From assembly GCA_047611265.1 (NCBI GenBank), contig JBLFWM010000004.1, forward strand, positions 4,771 to 68,770: a stretch of 64,000 nucleotides of DNA, written 5' to 3'. How positions within the stretch are numbered: the stretch's first letter is position 1; each line of letters opens with the position of its first letter. Made by a program: the position numbers and the translations under genes. The stretch is from Gammaproteobacteria bacterium (GTDB taxonomy: Bacteria; Pseudomonadota; Gammaproteobacteria; GCA-002705445; GCA-002716945). The notes under the pieces were generated by a model. That model was not told the origin of the DNA, did no database searches, and worked only from the letters and a program-made list of their open reading frames with translations. This document shows positions 39,608 through 52,670 of the stretch, in pieces.

Positions 39608-40483
39608 TTATAATGCAGATGCACCTGAAATAATTTCAGATATTTCCTGTGTAATTGCTGCCTGTCTATTTTTGTTATAAATTATTTGTAATTCATCAAT
39701 CAAGTCAGATGCATTGTCTGATGATGATTTCATGGCTACCATCCGTGATGCTTGTTCTGAAGCAATATTTTCTACTACAGCCCTATAAGTTAGTGACTCA
39801 ATAAATCTAACAAACAGAGACTCTAAAACTTCTTTCGCATCAGGCTCATACAAGTAATCCCAATAATGTGAGTATTCTTTATCTATTTCTTGATCATTTG
39901 ATGAAATTGGCAATATTTTGTCAATTGTTGGTACTTGGCTAACAGTATTAAAAAATTTATTGTAAGCCACATACACCTCATCAACATCTTTAGATATAAA
40001 TTTATCTATTGTTGATTTAATTGTGCCCAACAAATCTTCTATTTTAGGCTGATCGCCCACTTGAGTAGATTGAGATATTACTTCCCCACCAATTCTTTGA
40101 AAAAATCCTGCTGCCTTGTTCCCAAAAACACTATAGCTTGTATCAATTTCATTATTTTTATTTTCTACAGTAGACTCAATTACTTTTTTAAATAAATTAT
40201 TATTTAATCCTCCACAAAGCCCTCTGTCTGAAGAAACTACTATATAGGCTCTTTTTTTAACTTCTCTTACTTCAAAATATACAGAGTTATACTCTGCATG
40301 AGCATTAGCGAGATGAGACATTACATAGGATATTTTATCTGCATAAGGACGTGCTTTTTCCATTTGCCCAACAGCTCTTCTCATTTTACTCGCAGCAACC
40401 ATTTCCATTGCCTTGGTAATCTTCTGAGTATTCTGGATACTCTTTATTTGAGTTCTTATTTCTTGACTGCCCGCCATTACCAA
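39608..40483 (-). CDS. atpG: F0F1 ATP synthase gamma subunit
   Basis: Full-length gamma-like sequence. Operon position. Confidence 0.9.
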   Translation of the reverse strand: MVMAGSQEIRTQIKSIQNTQKITKAMEMVAASKMRRAVGQMEKARPYADKISYVMSHLANAHAEYNSVYFEVREVKKRAYIVVSSDRGLCGGLNNNLFKKVIESTVENKNNEIDTSYSVFGNKAAGFFQRIGGEVISQSTQVGDQPKIEDLLGTIKSTIDKFISKDVDEVYVAYNKFFNTVSQVPTIDKILPISSNDQEIDKEYSHYWDYLYEPDAKEVLESLFVRFIESLTYRAVVENIASEQASRMVAMKSSSDNASDLIDELQIIYNKNRQAAITQEISEIISGASAL

Positions 40484-42018
40484 ACACCATTAGTTTTGAA
40501 ATCATCTAACACTATTTTCATTTTAGCTGCTACGTCATCATTATAATCAAGCACCGAATTAACAAGGTCTATTAAATCTTTATGGTTACTTCTAACGAAT
40601 TCATGCATAGCTTTTTCAAAAGACATTACTTTATTGATTTCTACATCATCAAAATAACCTTCGTTAGCTGAAAAAAGTGATAACGACATTTCGGCAACGC
40701 TCAATGGTGAATATTGATTCTGTTTCATGAGCTCTGTAACTCTTTGACCTCTATCTAATTGTTTTTTTGTAGCTTCATCTAGGTCTGATGCAAACTGAGA
40801 AAATGCAGCCAATTCACGATATTGCGCCAAAGCTAGTCTTACTCCCCCGCCAAGTTTTTTAACTATCTTTGTTTGTGCTGCCCCACCTACTCTTGAGACG
40901 GATAGCCCAGCATTAATTGCAGGTCGAATACCAGCATTAAATAAATCAGATTCTAAGAAAATTTGTCCATCTGTAATAGATATAACATTGGTTGGTACAA
41001 ATGCTGACACATCGCCTGCTTGCGTTTCAATAATTGGCATCGCAGTAAGAGATCCTGTTTTCCCTTTGACTTTCCCGCTTGTTAATTCTGAAACTGCATC
41101 TTCATTAATTCTTGCAGATCTTTCTAATAGTCTTGAATGTAAATAAAATACATCACCAGGATAAGCTTCTCTGCCTGGAGGTCTTTTTAGAAGAAGCGAC
41201 ACTTGTCTATATGCCCATGCTTGTTTTGTTAAATCATCATATATAATAAGTGCATCCTCGCCAATATCTCTAAAATATTCGCCCATTGCGCAACCTGAGT
41301 AAGGTGCGATATATTGCATTGCTGCTGAATCTGCTGCTGTGGCAGCTACAATTATTGTATGCTTCAAGGCGTCATGTTCTTCTAATTTTCTAACAACCTG
41401 TGCTACAGAAGATGCTTTTTGGCCAATGGCTACATATATACATTTTACGCCTGTATCTTTTTGGTTAATTATCGCATCAATAGCTACAGCTGTTTTACCC
41501 GTTTGCCTATCACCAATAATTAGTTCTCGTTGACCGCGCCCGATAGGAACCATCGAGTCAATAGCTTTAATACCAGTTTGTACTGGTTGATCAACAGATT
41601 TACGCTCAATTACACCCGGTGCAATCTTTTCTATAGGTGATGTATGTTTAGCATTAATTGGGCCATTATTATCAATTGGCTCACCAAGTGAGTTCACAAC
41701 TCTTCCTAGTAATTCAGGTCCGACTGGCACCTCTAAAATCCTTCCAGTACACTTTACAATGTCTCCTTCAGAAATATGTTTATAATCACCAAGTATAACT
41801 GCTCCTACAGAATCACGTTCGAGGTTAAGCGCCATACCATATATTTTATTTGGAAATTCTAACATTTCACCTTGAAGAGCCTCAGTTATTCCATATACTC
41901 TGGCAATACCATCAGTAACAGATACAACTGTCCCCTCATTATGTGCCGTTGTCTTGAGATCAGAATCTTTAATCTTAGCTTTTATGATGTTACTTATTTC
42001 AGTTGGATTGATAGTCAT
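40477..42018 (-). CDS. atpA: F0F1 ATP synthase alpha subunit
   Basis: Walker A GDRQTGKT. 513 aa. Confidence 0.97.
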   Translation of the reverse strand: MTINPTEISNIIKAKIKDSDLKTTAHNEGTVVSVTDGIARVYGITEALQGEMLEFPNKIYGMALNLERDSVGAVILGDYKHISEGDIVKCTGRILEVPVGPELLGRVVNSLGEPIDNNGPINAKHTSPIEKIAPGVIERKSVDQPVQTGIKAIDSMVPIGRGQRELIIGDRQTGKTAVAIDAIINQKDTGVKCIYVAIGQKASSVAQVVRKLEEHDALKHTIIVAATAADSAAMQYIAPYSGCAMGEYFRDIGEDALIIYDDLTKQAWAYRQVSLLLKRPPGREAYPGDVFYLHSRLLERSARINEDAVSELTSGKVKGKTGSLTAMPIIETQAGDVSAFVPTNVISITDGQIFLESDLFNAGIRPAINAGLSVSRVGGAAQTKIVKKLGGGVRLALAQYRELAAFSQFASDLDEATKKQLDRGQRVTELMKQNQYSPLSVAEMSLSLFSANEGYFDDVEINKVMSFEKAMHEFVRSNHKDLIDLVNSVLDYNDDVAAKMKIVLDDFKTNGVW

Positions 42019-42033
42019 ATTTATACCTTATAC

Positions 42034-42570
42034 TTAGATTATTAATTGTTGTTTCATTTGATCTAATCTGTTTTTAATAGTTAAATCAATTACTTCATTG
42101 TTAGATTTTATTTTTAATCCCGCCATTAATGTTTTATTGACAGAAAGTTTTACTTTTACTTCAGACTGATATTTATCTTTTAATAAAGATGTTAAGGAGT
42201 CTAGCTGATCTGCTGATACTTCATGTGCTGATTCAACTTCGACGACACGAATATTATTATATTTAAATTTCAATGATTCAAAAATTTCTGAAATTTCTTG
42301 CATATAAATTATTCTCTTAGTTTCAATAAGCAATGACAAAAAGCTAAAAAAATTTTTATTGCTGGCATCATCTAAAAAACTTGATAAAAATTTTAATGAT
42401 GTTGCATTATCAATCTTAGGATCTGATAACAGGTCTATAGTTTGAGAATCTGCGACTATGGCTGACAACCTAGTCAACTGAACAGACCAGTTTTCAATAC
42501 TCTTATCTTCCACAGCAAGTTTAAATGCTGCTTCGCCATAAGGTCTAGAATATATATAGTTTTCAGACAA
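42034..42570 (-). CDS. atpH: F0F1 ATP synthase delta subunit
   Basis: Operon position. OSCP-like sequence. Confidence 0.85.
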   Translation of the reverse strand: MSENYIYSRPYGEAAFKLAVEDKSIENWSVQLTRLSAIVADSQTIDLLSDPKIDNATSLKFLSSFLDDASNKNFFSFLSLLIETKRIIYMQEISEIFESLKFKYNNIRVVEVESAHEVSADQLDSLTSLLKDKYQSEVKVKLSVNKTLMAGLKIKSNNEVIDLTIKNRLDQMKQQLII

Positions 42571-42571
42571 C

Positions 42572-43045
42572 TTACTTAAGCTCCTTTAGGGCTTCATCAA
42601 ATATAGCCTTATGTTTTTCTTCACTGATCTCTGCTTTAATTATTTTTTCTGCACAAGCAATTGCAATCCGAGAGATGTCTTTTCTTAGTTCATCTTTAGC
42701 AATATTTAAATCTTGTCCAATTTGTTGGTTTGATAAAGCAATAATTTTATCTGCCTCTTTCTTTGATATTGTTTTTGCCTCACCGATAATATTTGATGAT
42801 TGTTGGTTAGCCATAGTTATAACATCTGATGCTTTGCTTTTGGCCTCATCGACTATACGGCTATACTCTATATTAGCTTCGTCTATTCTCTTTTCGCCAA
42901 GCTCGGCAGAAGCCAAACCATCTGCAATTTTATTGGTTCTTTCATCCATCGCAGCCGTAAGAGGTTCCCACAAGTACGCTTTAATAAACCAGACGAAAAT
43001 AACAAACGTTATCATCTGTCCAAATAATGTTGCTGTTATATTCAT
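42572..43045 (-). CDS. atpF: F0F1 ATP synthase subunit b
   Basis: Single N-terminal TM helix plus long charged helix. Operon position. Confidence 0.85.
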   Translation of the reverse strand: MNITATLFGQMITFVIFVWFIKAYLWEPLTAAMDERTNKIADGLASAELGEKRIDEANIEYSRIVDEAKSKASDVITMANQQSSNIIGEAKTISKKEADKIIALSNQQIGQDLNIAKDELRKDISRIAIACAEKIIKAEISEEKHKAIFDEALKELK

Positions 43046-43070
43046 ATCAAAAACCTGTCAATTAAGTTAA

Positions 43071-43367
43071 TTACGCCCCAAGTGCTGCTTTTGCTGCGCC
43101 AATAAATGGATTAGCAAAAACAAAAAACATTGCGAATGCTAAAACAATAAATGGAAATGACTCCATTAAACCTGCAGTGATAAACATTTGTATTCTTAAT
43201 GCAGGCAACATTTCTGGTTGTCTAGCAATCCCTTCAATGTATTTCATGCATATTAAACCCCAGCCTAATGCTGAACCAAGTCCCGCTGCTGCTAACATAA
43301 TAGCAACTCCTAAACTTGTAGATGCATAGATCTCGGTAATCATTTGTGGTGTTAGTGTATTTTCCAT
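43071..43367 (-). CDS. atpE: F0F1 ATP synthase subunit c
   Basis: Hairpin with GIARQPE loop and conserved carboxylate in helix 2 (LME). Confidence 0.85.
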   Translation of the reverse strand: MENTLTPQMITEIYASTSLGVAIMLAAAGLGSALGWGLICMKYIEGIARQPEMLPALRIQMFITAGLMESFPFIVLAFAMFFVFANPFIGAAKAALGA

Positions 43368-43382
43368 TTTATGTCCTCTCGT

Positions 43383-44201
<819 letters not shown>

Positions 44202-44205
44202 TCAA

Positions 44206-44556
44206 TTAATAAATATTCTTGGACTTATAGAAGACATAACCTAGTTGGGCTAAAGAAAATGCTATTATTATTTCTATGGCGACAAGATTTAAATGTACAA
44301 TTCCTAAATAGAAACCAATTAAAACTAAAAATAACCTAAAAACAACGCTTTTCAATAACACCAAGGCGCTTCTTGCCTGTTCTTGCTCTGAAGCTGCTTT
44401 ACCAGCTGCGTTTACACTACGTGCAAGGAGTAATGAATTTACTATTGACATAAAACCGCCATATAACGACGATAATATGTTAGCTGAGCCTAAACTCAAA
44501 AAAACAAGTGCTACAATTATAGAAATTGAGCCCTGATATATTATTACCCTTAACAC
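44206..44556 (-). CDS. atpI: ATP synthase protein I
   Basis: Small hydrophobic protein immediately upstream of atpB. Confidence 0.55.
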   Translation of the reverse strand: MLRVIIYQGSISIIVALVFLSLGSANILSSLYGGFMSIVNSLLLARSVNAAGKAASEQEQARSALVLLKSVVFRLFLVLIGFYLGIVHLNLVAIEIIIAFSLAQLGYVFYKSKNIY

Positions 44557-44659
44557 TTTTGATGTTCACCATGAAGCAAAAAACCACTACCTTAATGGTC
44601 ATGAGTATTATAGAGGACAATTATGTTTAGTTCAATTTATATACAGAAAAATATAGAAA

Positions 44660-45535
44660 TCAATTTTTTTTAAATTTAGCCACAATTCCTTGTAATTCGT
44701 TCAGGCTCTTGTATTTTATTTCTATCTTGCCAGCGCCCGCAGCATTGTGGTTTATTTTAATATCTGCAGCCAAATACTCAGAAAGCTCTTTTTCTAAAGA
44801 AACTGTGTCATGATCAACATCTTTTGTTTGTTTGACAGGTTTCATCTTAAAATTACGAACTAAAGCTTCAACAGCACGCACAGATAATTTTCTTGAAATA
44901 GCTTGTTTAATTATTGATTCTTGCAGGGTTGCATCAAGGGAAAGAACTGCTCTTGCATGGCCCATTTCAATTGAACCGGCAGCTAGTTTTAACTTAACAT
45001 ATTGAATAAGTTCATTTAGTCTCAAAATATTAGTAATATGTGATCTAGACTTTCCAGTATATTTCGCAATATCATCATGAGTCATGTCATATTCTGTGTT
45101 TAATTTATTAAGAGCTTCTGCCTCTTCAATGGCGTTTAGCTGTTCTCTTTGTACATTTTCAACGATAGCAATCAGCGCTGATTCTTTATCAGTAACATCC
45201 ATAACTATTGCATCAATCATGTCTTCTCTTATTGACTGCATTGCTCTCCATCTTCTCTCGCCAGCTATTAACTCATAACCATCCTTTCCTTTGCGGACTA
45301 TTATTGGTGCTAGTTGGCCATTTTCCTTAATAGAGGAGGCCATTGATTCGAGAGATTCATTAAAGAATACTTGTCTTGGCTGATCTTTGTTTCTTGTAAT
45401 CTTATCTACTGGAATAGATAAAATTCTCTGATTTGAATTCTCCTCATCAGTGCGGAGTGTTTGCGTATTTTTATTTACAGGTTTAGCGCTAAGTAGTGCT
45501 TCAAGACCTGAGCCCAAGGCTTTTCTTTTTGTCAT
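44660..45535 (-). CDS. parB: chromosome partitioning protein ParB
   Basis: ParB box GERRWRA, HTH region, adjacent to parA. Confidence 0.9.
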   Translation of the reverse strand: MTKRKALGSGLEALLSAKPVNKNTQTLRTDEENSNQRILSIPVDKITRNKDQPRQVFFNESLESMASSIKENGQLAPIIVRKGKDGYELIAGERRWRAMQSIREDMIDAIVMDVTDKESALIAIVENVQREQLNAIEEAEALNKLNTEYDMTHDDIAKYTGKSRSHITNILRLNELIQYVKLKLAAGSIEMGHARAVLSLDATLQESIIKQAISRKLSVRAVEALVRNFKMKPVKQTKDVDHDTVSLEKELSEYLAADIKINHNAAGAGKIEIKYKSLNELQGIVAKFKKN

Positions 45536-45572
45536 AAGCTAAATATAACTCGGTATTGATTAGATGTATAGA

Positions 45573-46340
45573 TTACAGTTTTTCTTGTTTTAATATTTCA
45601 CCTACTAAAGACAAATATGAAAGCGCCCCTTTTGAGCTTTTGTCATATTTAATAACAGGAAGCCCATGACTTGGCGCCTCAGCAAGCGTAATGTTTCTAG
45701 GTATCATGGTTCTATAAAGTTTATCAGTAAAAAATTTTATAAGCTGTGCGCTTACATCAATGGCAAGATTATTTCTTGGATCAAACATTGTTCTTATAAT
45801 CCCTTTTATCACAAGATTTTCATTGCTGCTGGATTTAATTGTATCAATGGTTGTCATAAGTTCACTTAGGCCCTGTAGAGCAAAAAATTCACATTGCACA
45901 GGAATAAGAACTCCCGTTGCAGCTGTTAAGGCATTTACCGTTAAGATGTTTAGGGATGGTGGGCAGTCAATAATTATATAATCAAACTTAGATTCATGTT
46001 CGGTCAAAATATTCTTTAACGTAAACTCTTTTGACTCAGAAGACAAAAGCATTACCTCTGCTTCTGTTAGCTCAGGGGTCGCAGGTAAAATTGTGAACCC
46101 CAAATCATCAAGAGGCATCAAGCAACTTTCTATCTCATTTCTTCCTAAAAGGGCATCATTAATAGAATAATTTAAAGTGTGCGGGTCAACGCCGCATCCT
46201 CTTGTCGCGTTTGATTGCGGATCAAGATCTACAAGCAAAGTTTTTCTCTTGGTTTTAGCAAGACTCGCGCATATATTTATACATGAAGTTGTTTTACCTA
46301 CACCGCCCTTTTGATTTACAACTGCCAGGACTTCCGTCAT
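45573..46340 (-). CDS. parA: chromosome partitioning ATPase ParA/Soj
   Basis: Deviant Walker A KGGVGKTT. 255 aa. Confidence 0.9.
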   Translation of the reverse strand: MTEVLAVVNQKGGVGKTTSCINICASLAKTKRKTLLVDLDPQSNATRGCGVDPHTLNYSINDALLGRNEIESCLMPLDDLGFTILPATPELTEAEVMLLSSESKEFTLKNILTEHESKFDYIIIDCPPSLNILTVNALTAATGVLIPVQCEFFALQGLSELMTTIDTIKSSSNENLVIKGIIRTMFDPRNNLAIDVSAQLIKFFTDKLYRTMIPRNITLAEAPSHGLPVIKYDKSSKGALSYLSLVGEILKQEKL

Positions 46341-47005
46341 TATGTAATCTCTAAAATATATCTGTTTGTATCAAAGTAAGGGGTTTCAATTTTTGTAATA
46401 TCTATCTTTGCCTTTAAGCTATCGCAATGTTTATTCATATCATCTTTTAGAATAAGTGCGTTTGAGCCTGTGAGTAAAAATATTTTTGAGGTAGCTCCCA
46501 AATTATTTCTGACCATATTAACAATATATGCCAGCTTTGCTTCAAATGATAATTTAGACACCACCTTGTTGCTAAAGTTTTTGAAAATTACTGCTGCGGG
46601 ACTTTCTGTTATTATCATTTTATTAATATCAGTCTTCACTATATCTATATTTTCTAACTTAAGTATTAGCTTAACATGTTCTAAAAACCTTATAGGATTA
46701 TCTCTTCTATCTAACAGAGTAATATGGTCATCTGGCCTAAAAAAGGATAATAATATCCCTGGTATTCCTGCTCCTGTACCAATATCTAGTAGCGGCCCCT
46801 TTGGAAGATGACTAAGCATAGAAAGCGAGTCAAAAAAATCTCTTTGTAAAAAATACGTACGGTCACGCGTAGAAATTATATTATTTTGTTCATGCCACTT
46901 AAAAAGTAGCCTAAGATATTCTTCTACCGTCTCAATAACAGAATTATCAACATTTAATGACAATGCCGTTAAAATCTTATCTAGTTCAGGGTCTGGTTTA
47001 ATCAT
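46340..47005 (-). CDS. rsmG: 16S rRNA (guanine527-N7)-methyltransferase
   Basis: SAM motif LDIGTGAGIPG. Conserved mnmG-rsmG synteny. Confidence 0.85.
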   Translation of the reverse strand: MIKPDPELDKILTALSLNVDNSVIETVEEYLRLLFKWHEQNNIISTRDRTYFLQRDFFDSLSMLSHLPKGPLLDIGTGAGIPGILLSFFRPDDHITLLDRRDNPIRFLEHVKLILKLENIDIVKTDINKMIITESPAAVIFKNFSNKVVSKLSFEAKLAYIVNMVRNNLGATSKIFLLTGSNALILKDDMNKHCDSLKAKIDITKIETPYFDTNRYILEIT

Positions 47006-47049
47006 AGTGTTATTTGTGGGTTGGTGAGTAACAGGATAATAGCAGGTTT

Positions 47050-48924
47050 TTATAAAGAGTGTTTTTTAATATATATTCTCAATAAAGAAATAATCGCAGG
47101 GGTTACTCCAGAAATTCTAGAAGCCTGGCCTAATGTGTCAGGCATAATTTCTGATAATTTTTCTTTTGCCTCGTTAGATAAACCTTTAATTTCGTTATAA
47201 ATTATTTGCCCAGGAATTTTTATATTTTGTGTTTTTAAACTATTTAACACTTCTCGATCTTGTCTCTTCAGGTATCCTTCGTATCTTTCCTGTATTGCAA
47301 CCAAGTGGCCAATATCTGAATTTATAGTTTCACCAAAAGATTCTAATCCCTGAATATCTTTATATCCAATATCAGACATTTTAAGTAAACTCTTCATTGT
47401 TTGGGCGTTCTTTAACTTAAGATTAAACTTTTTTTCTAAAATTGAAGAAACTTTGCTGGATGGTAATATTTTTATTTCCTCAAGCCTTTTGCTTTCGGCC
47501 TCAATCTTTTTAATTTTGTTTTGCAGAAATAACAATCTCTCGGTAGAGACAACTCCGAGTTTATGACCAACAGCCGTTAATCTTTCGTCGGCATTATCTT
47601 CACGCAGTCTCAGCCTGTGTTCTGCTCTACTAGTGAACATCCTATAAGGTTCGGTCACGCCTAAAGTTACTAAGTCATCAATCATAACCCCTATATATGC
47701 TTGGTCTCTGTTAGGACACCACATCTCAATATTCCTGACAGAACAAGAAGCATTAATTCCTGCAATTATTCCTTGGGCAGCAGCTTCCTCATATCCAGTA
47801 GTGCCATTGATCTGGCCAGCAAAAAATAAATTTTTAATTTTTTTAGTTTCTAAATATTTTGTAAGTCCACGCGGATCAAAGTAACTATACTCTATTGCAT
47901 ATCCGGGCTGGGTGATTTCACAGTTTTCTAATCCCTTAATTGTTCTTAAAAAACTTAATTGAACATCTTCAGGCAAACATGTTGAAAGACCGTTGGGATA
48001 TATCTCTTTGTCTGAAAGAGTTTCTGGCTCAAGGAAAACCTGGTGAGAGTCCTTGTCATAAAACCTCTCCACCTTGTCTTCAATAGAAGGGCAATATCGT
48101 GGTCCAACAGAATCTATAACTCCATTATACAGCGGTGACAAAGATTGATTATCTTTGATAATTTTATGTGTTTTATTATTTGTATAAGTTATATGACATG
48201 GTGTTTCAGAGATAATATTTGGAGTCTGGCCATAATGATCATGCATATATGATAGGCATGGCTTATTTTCATCGCTTCCTTGTTCTTCTAGTAAGGAATA
48301 GTCTATTGAGCTTTTTAAAATTCTTGGTGGCGTACCAGTTTTAAGACGCCCAAGAGAAAACCCATATTTTTTAAAAAAGTTTTCTAGTTCATTTGATGCA
48401 TTATCGCCCAGTCTACCCGCAGAAAATGATTTATTTCCAACATGGATTTTACCGCCAAGGAATGTTCCTGTTGTTAAAACAACCGTTTTTGCAAAAATTT
48501 TAACGCCATTAGACATGACCACTCCTTGAAGGGTTTCATTGTCTACAATAATATTAGACACCATGCCTTCTATAACACTAAGGTTTGTTTGAGCGTCAAT
48601 TGCTTGCTGCATTTTTAACTTATAGGTATCTCTGCATGTTTGAATTCTTGTTGCTTGGACAGCCGGGCCTTTGCTAGCATTAAGCTTACGCCTCTGCAAC
48701 GCAGAATAATCTGCAATTTTACAAATTAGGCCATCTAAAGCATCAACTTCTTTTGCCAAATGTGATTTACCTATCCCTCCAACAGCAGGGTTACAGCTCA
48801 TCTGTCCAATGCTATCATGCTTCATGGTAACGAGAGCTACGCTAACATTTGCTCTTGCAGCAGCATGTGCAGCTTCACAACCTGCATGCCCTCCACCTAT
48901 CACAATTACATCAAATTTTTTCAT
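47050..48924 (-). CDS. mnmG: tRNA uridine 5-carboxymethylaminomethyl modification enzyme MnmG (GidA)
   Basis: FAD motif [12 protein letters not shown]. 624 aa. Confidence 0.95.
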   Translation of the reverse strand: MKKFDVIVIGGGHAGCEAAHAAARANVSVALVTMKHDSIGQMSCNPAVGGIGKSHLAKEVDALDGLICKIADYSALQRRKLNASKGPAVQATRIQTCRDTYKLKMQQAIDAQTNLSVIEGMVSNIIVDNETLQGVVMSNGVKIFAKTVVLTTGTFLGGKIHVGNKSFSAGRLGDNASNELENFFKKYGFSLGRLKTGTPPRILKSSIDYSLLEEQGSDENKPCLSYMHDHYGQTPNIISETPCHITYTNNKTHKIIKDNQSLSPLYNGVIDSVGPRYCPSIEDKVERFYDKDSHQVFLEPETLSDKEIYPNGLSTCLPEDVQLSFLRTIKGLENCEITQPGYAIEYSYFDPRGLTKYLETKKIKNLFFAGQINGTTGYEEAAAQGIIAGINASCSVRNIEMWCPNRDQAYIGVMIDDLVTLGVTEPYRMFTSRAEHRLRLREDNADERLTAVGHKLGVVSTERLLFLQNKIKKIEAESKRLEEIKILPSSKVSSILEKKFNLKLKNAQTMKSLLKMSDIGYKDIQGLESFGETINSDIGHLVAIQERYEGYLKRQDREVLNSLKTQNIKIPGQIIYNEIKGLSNEAKEKLSEIMPDTLGQASRISGVTPAIISLLRIYIKKHSL

Positions 48925-48926
48925 AA

Positions 48927-50264
48927 TTATTTACCAATACAAAAGTCTGAGAATATTTTATCTAACAAATCCTCGTTGACATCTCCACCCATTATAGCAA
49001 CTAAGCTAACATGGGCTAAGCGTAATTCCTCTGCCACTAACTCTAATTGTAGATTATTGTTGCAATCAAGTGCCATGTAAAGGTTTTCTAAGCAAGATTT
49101 TAGATGTTCACGGTGACGCAATCTTGCTGTACCGGTTGTTTCATCATCTGGGACACTATTCTCAGACAGCTTCCTTTTTAGATTATCCATGCCAAGATTT
49201 TTAGTTGTAGACACGTTAAAATAATTAACACCGCTTCTGCTTATCACTGCTGGGTCAGCTCCAGTAAGGTCAATTTTATTGTTAACAACCCAATAATTAT
49301 TAATTTTATTTTCAATAATTAAAGCCTCATCCTCTTTATCAAAACCAACAAAATCATCTACAACATATAAAACCAGGCTTGCTGTATTTATAGATTTTTT
49401 GGTAATTTCTATGCCTTGCAATTCTATACTGTCAGAAGTTTTTCTAAGCCCAGCCGTATCAATAATAGTAATATTATTTTTAGCAAGAACTACTTCGTGG
49501 TGAAGAGCATCTCTTGTGGTCCCGGGCATTGATGAAACTATTGATCCTTGCTCCCCAAGAAGAAGATTTGCGAGGGATGATTTTCCAACATTAGGTTTCC
49601 CGATGATTGTTATAATAGGTGTTTTATTAACTACTATCCCATTATCTACAGACTTTATAAGTTTGCTTAACTTAGATATTAAAGAATTTATTGTATTAAA
49701 ATTATTTTTGTTACTATTATCTGGAGAATCATCTTCCGGAAAATTAATACAAGCTTCAATATTTGCTCTAAGTATAAGCACTTCTTCAATTAATAGTTCT
49801 ATGTTTTTTGAGAAGTTACCCTGAAGCGTAATCATTGCGGCTTTAGACGCGCTGATATGAGAAGCATTTATTAAATCTGCTATTGCTTCAGCTTGAACTA
49901 AATCAATTTTGTTATTTAAAAATGCTCTTTCGGTAAACTCGCCTGGTCTAGAAAGTCTTGCGTAAGTATCACAGATATTTTCTAAAATAAAATCCATTGT
50001 AATTGGATTACCATGTGACTGTATTTCTAACATGTCTTCGCCCGTATAAGAAGAGGGGCCTTTATAATAAATTACAATTACATCATCAATTAAAGCATTA
50101 CTCTTATCATGTATTTTTACATTAGTTGCAAATCTTGGTTTAAGTTCGCGCCCTATAAAATCTTTAATTACTGTAAGTACATTTTTTCCTGACACTCTTA
50201 TCACGCCTATAGCTGACTTCCCATGAGCTGTAGAAATTGCTGCTATTGTTTCTTTGGTCGTCAT
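48927..50264 (-). CDS. mnmE: tRNA modification GTPase MnmE (TrmE)
   Basis: G-domain [11 protein letters not shown]-terminal CIGK motif. Confidence 0.95.
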   Translation of the reverse strand: MTTKETIAAISTAHGKSAIGVIRVSGKNVLTVIKDFIGRELKPRFATNVKIHDKSNALIDDVIVIYYKGPSSYTGEDMLEIQSHGNPITMDFILENICDTYARLSRPGEFTERAFLNNKIDLVQAEAIADLINASHISASKAAMITLQGNFSKNIELLIEEVLILRANIEACINFPEDDSPDNSNKNNFNTINSLISKLSKLIKSVDNGIVVNKTPIITIIGKPNVGKSSLANLLLGEQGSIVSSMPGTTRDALHHEVVLAKNNITIIDTAGLRKTSDSIELQGIEITKKSINTASLVLYVVDDFVGFDKEDEALIIENKINNYWVVNNKIDLTGADPAVISRSGVNYFNVSTTKNLGMDNLKRKLSENSVPDDETTGTARLRHREHLKSCLENLYMALDCNNNLQLELVAEELRLAHVSLVAIMGGDVNEDLLDKIFSDFCIGK

Positions 50265-50269
50265 AGGGT

Positions 50270-51871
50270 TTAAGTAATTATTCTTTTATTAATAACATAT
50301 TGTTGTGCTATTGAAAGAATATTATTTGTCACCCAATAAAGAACAAGCCCTGATGGGAAAGTTGCGAATAAGAAAGTAAAAACAAAAGGCAAGGCAAGAA
50401 ATATTTTTGCCTGCATTGGGTCAGTAGGAGCTGGATTCAGTTTTTGTTGAGCATACATAGATATTCCCATGAGGACAGGTAAAATATACAATGGATCTGC
50501 GCTTGATAAATCTTCTATCCATCCAATAAAAGGTGCATGCCTCATCTCAACACTTTCAATAATTACCCAATATAGGGCAATAAAAACAGGTATTTGAATA
50601 AGTATCGGCAAACAACCACCCAAAGGGTTTACTTTTTCTTCCTTATAGATTTTCATCAACGCCGCACTAAATTGTTTTTTATCATCCCCGTATCTTTCTT
50701 TCAAAGCATTCATTCTTGGCGTTAATTTTTTCATTTTAGCCATGGACTTATAACTGGCCTCTGATAATTTGAAAAACACTATTTTAATCAAAATGGTGAG
50801 CATAATAATTGACCACCCCCAGTTGCCAAAAATTAAATGAATTTTTTCTAAAATCCAAAAAAGTGGGGCTGCAAGAAAAGTTAGAACACCGTAATCAACT
50901 GTAAGCGCAAGACCAGGCGCTAAGTCTGTTATTTCAGCCTGAACTTTTGGCCCTATGTATAATTTACTATCAAAGGACTGAGATTCACCGGGAGACAAAG
51001 TAATGTAATTATCAACACTCCCAATTTGGTAACTGTTTTTATTGTCTTCAGAAAGCAATCTTGTGTAAATAGTTTTTGTGTCAGAGCCTTTCTCTGATGG
51101 CAGCCATGCAGTAAAAAAATAATGTTGGATCATACTTATCCAGCTTGTCTTTGCTTTTTTTAGAAAACTTTCATCTGCTATGTCTGAGAAATCAATTTTA
51201 TTAAATTTGTCTTCACTGTCAAAATAAGCTGCGCCAGTATAAGTGTAAAGCATTCCATTCCCTTCAGTCTCTTCACCACGGCTCAAAGTATTGTATTGTC
51301 TCCATTCAATTTTTTTGTTAGAAGTATTTTTAACTAGTTGTTGAACTTCAACCAGATGACTATTTCTGGTAAACGTGTAGCTTTTAATAACCTCTGTTAA
51401 GCCAGACGAGGTTCCTTTGATAGATACTGTTAATTTATTATTATTCCCAAGAGAATATTTGCTTTTAACTGAAGTGTATTCTGTTGGAGCATCTAATTCT
51501 CGGCTCTGGACATTAGCAAGAGCAGTATAGCGTGATCCTTTTGTATTATTTAAAAGCTTAACTTTTTCATCAGAAGACCCAAAATATTTTAGGTATTTAA
51601 GCAGTTCTGAAGAAATTATAGCTCCGTCATTTAGGCTAATATCAACCTTCAGCGTGTCTGTTATTACTTCAATGCTTTTATTGAAACTAACCGGATTGCT
51701 TTTAATGATTTCTTGTTTTGGTTCTACATATGTTTGCTCGTTTATTGAGCTTGTCTCTGGGATATTTGGCTGCGAGTCAGTAATCGGCTGGCCACCGTCA
51801 TTATTCGATGCGTCAAACAGTAAAATAAGAACTAGAAATAAAGAGCTATATAAAAATATTCTATTATTCAT
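50270..51871 (-). CDS. yidC: membrane protein insertase YidC
   Basis: Large periplasmic domain plus conserved C-terminal 5-TM core. Start taken at the internal Met (MNNRIFLY...) to remove most of the overlap with yidD. Confidence 0.9.
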   Translation of the reverse strand: MNNRIFLYSSLFLVLILLFDASNNDGGQPITDSQPNIPETSSINEQTYVEPKQEIIKSNPVSFNKSIEVITDTLKVDISLNDGAIISSELLKYLKYFGSSDEKVKLLNNTKGSRYTALANVQSRELDAPTEYTSVKSKYSLGNNNKLTVSIKGTSSGLTEVIKSYTFTRNSHLVEVQQLVKNTSNKKIEWRQYNTLSRGEETEGNGMLYTYTGAAYFDSEDKFNKIDFSDIADESFLKKAKTSWISMIQHYFFTAWLPSEKGSDTKTIYTRLLSEDNKNSYQIGSVDNYITLSPGESQSFDSKLYIGPKVQAEITDLAPGLALTVDYGVLTFLAAPLFWILEKIHLIFGNWGWSIIMLTILIKIVFFKLSEASYKSMAKMKKLTPRMNALKERYGDDKKQFSAALMKIYKEEKVNPLGGCLPILIQIPVFIALYWVIIESVEMRHAPFIGWIEDLSSADPLYILPVLMGISMYAQQKLNPAPTDPMQAKIFLALPFVFTFLFATFPSGLVLYWVTNNILSIAQQYVINKRIIT

Positions 51872-52118
51872 GTGTTTTTGACCCAAGTTTTGGAATAGGG
51901 TCATAGCCATGACTGCCACCAGGGCGGCAACTAATTAATCTTTTTCCTGCGTAATAAAGACCTCTCAAAAGACCGTGTTCCTTAAGAGCTTCTAACGTAT
52001 ATTCTGAACAAGTCGGAATGTGCCTACAGTTTGACTGAAGCATAGGGGACACAAATATTTGGTAACACCTAATAATTATAATTGGGATTGCTGTAGTAAT
52101 TTTATTGATAGTTTCCAT
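51864..52118 (-). CDS. yidD: membrane protein insertion efficiency factor YidD
   Basis: Segment RCYQIFVSPMLQSNCRHIPTCSEY matches the YidD signature. Confidence 0.8.
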   Translation of the reverse strand: METINKITTAIPIIIIRCYQIFVSPMLQSNCRHIPTCSEYTLEALKEHGLLRGLYYAGKRLISCRPGGSHGYDPIPKLGSKTHE

Positions 52119-52423
52119 TCTTGCATAAGAATATCACTTATTTCATCTTTTTCAGAATAGATTTTTGAAGAAATTAATAAGAGGATGTCGAATGATCCTA
52201 GTTCTCCCAGGCAATCTCTAAAGCTCTCTCTGATGGTTCTACGAATTCTGTTTCTAATAACAGCCAGTTTCACTGCTTTTTTAGTAATTTGGATAGCAAT
52301 TCTGGGTCGATCTAAATTATTGTTAAAGTATAATAAGCGGCAGTTTTTTTGCACTATTTTATTAGCGTGCCTAAAACTACGCAAGGTGTTTGAAGAAACT
52401 TTAAGATATATGTTGTTATCCAC
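52076..52423 (-). CDS. rnpA: RNase P protein component
   Basis: RNR motif (RPRIAIQITKKAVKLAVIRNRIRRTIRESFR). Position after rpmH. Confidence 0.8.
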   Translation of the reverse strand: MDNNIYLKVSSNTLRSFRHANKIVQKNCRLLYFNNNLDRPRIAIQITKKAVKLAVIRNRIRRTIRESFRDCLGELGSFDILLLISSKIYSEKDEISDILMQEWKLSIKLLQQSQL

Positions 52424-52432
52424 AACAGAAAA

Positions 52433-52567
52433 CTAGGCGCAGAGTACAGCTCTGCCTTTTGCTCTTCTAGCGCTTAAAACAGCTCTACCAGCAACAGTGC
52501 TCATGCGAGACCTGAAACCATGTTTGCGTTTGCGCTTTATGTTGCTTGGTTGAAACGTTCTTTTCAT
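52433..52567 (-). CDS. rpmH: 50S ribosomal protein L34
   Basis: Not in the ORF track (44 aa). Reverse-strand translation gives [44 protein letters not shown], a clear L34. Confidence 0.85.
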   Translation of the reverse strand: MKRTFQPSNIKRKRKHGFRSRMSTVAGRAVLSARRAKGRAVLCA

Positions 52568-52670
52568 AATATTATTACCCGACCTGTATACTGCAAATTA
52601 TATATTTCTTTGTCAATATATAATTTTGATTATTTTTGTGAGATATTAGTTTCTCAACTAGTGAAAAAAT

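Noticed and set aside
51872-51919. Longer yidC start overlapping yidD by 56 nt
   Set aside because: The internal Met (MNNRIFLY...) begins the signal/TM1 region as in other YidC proteins and reduces the overlap to 8 nt.
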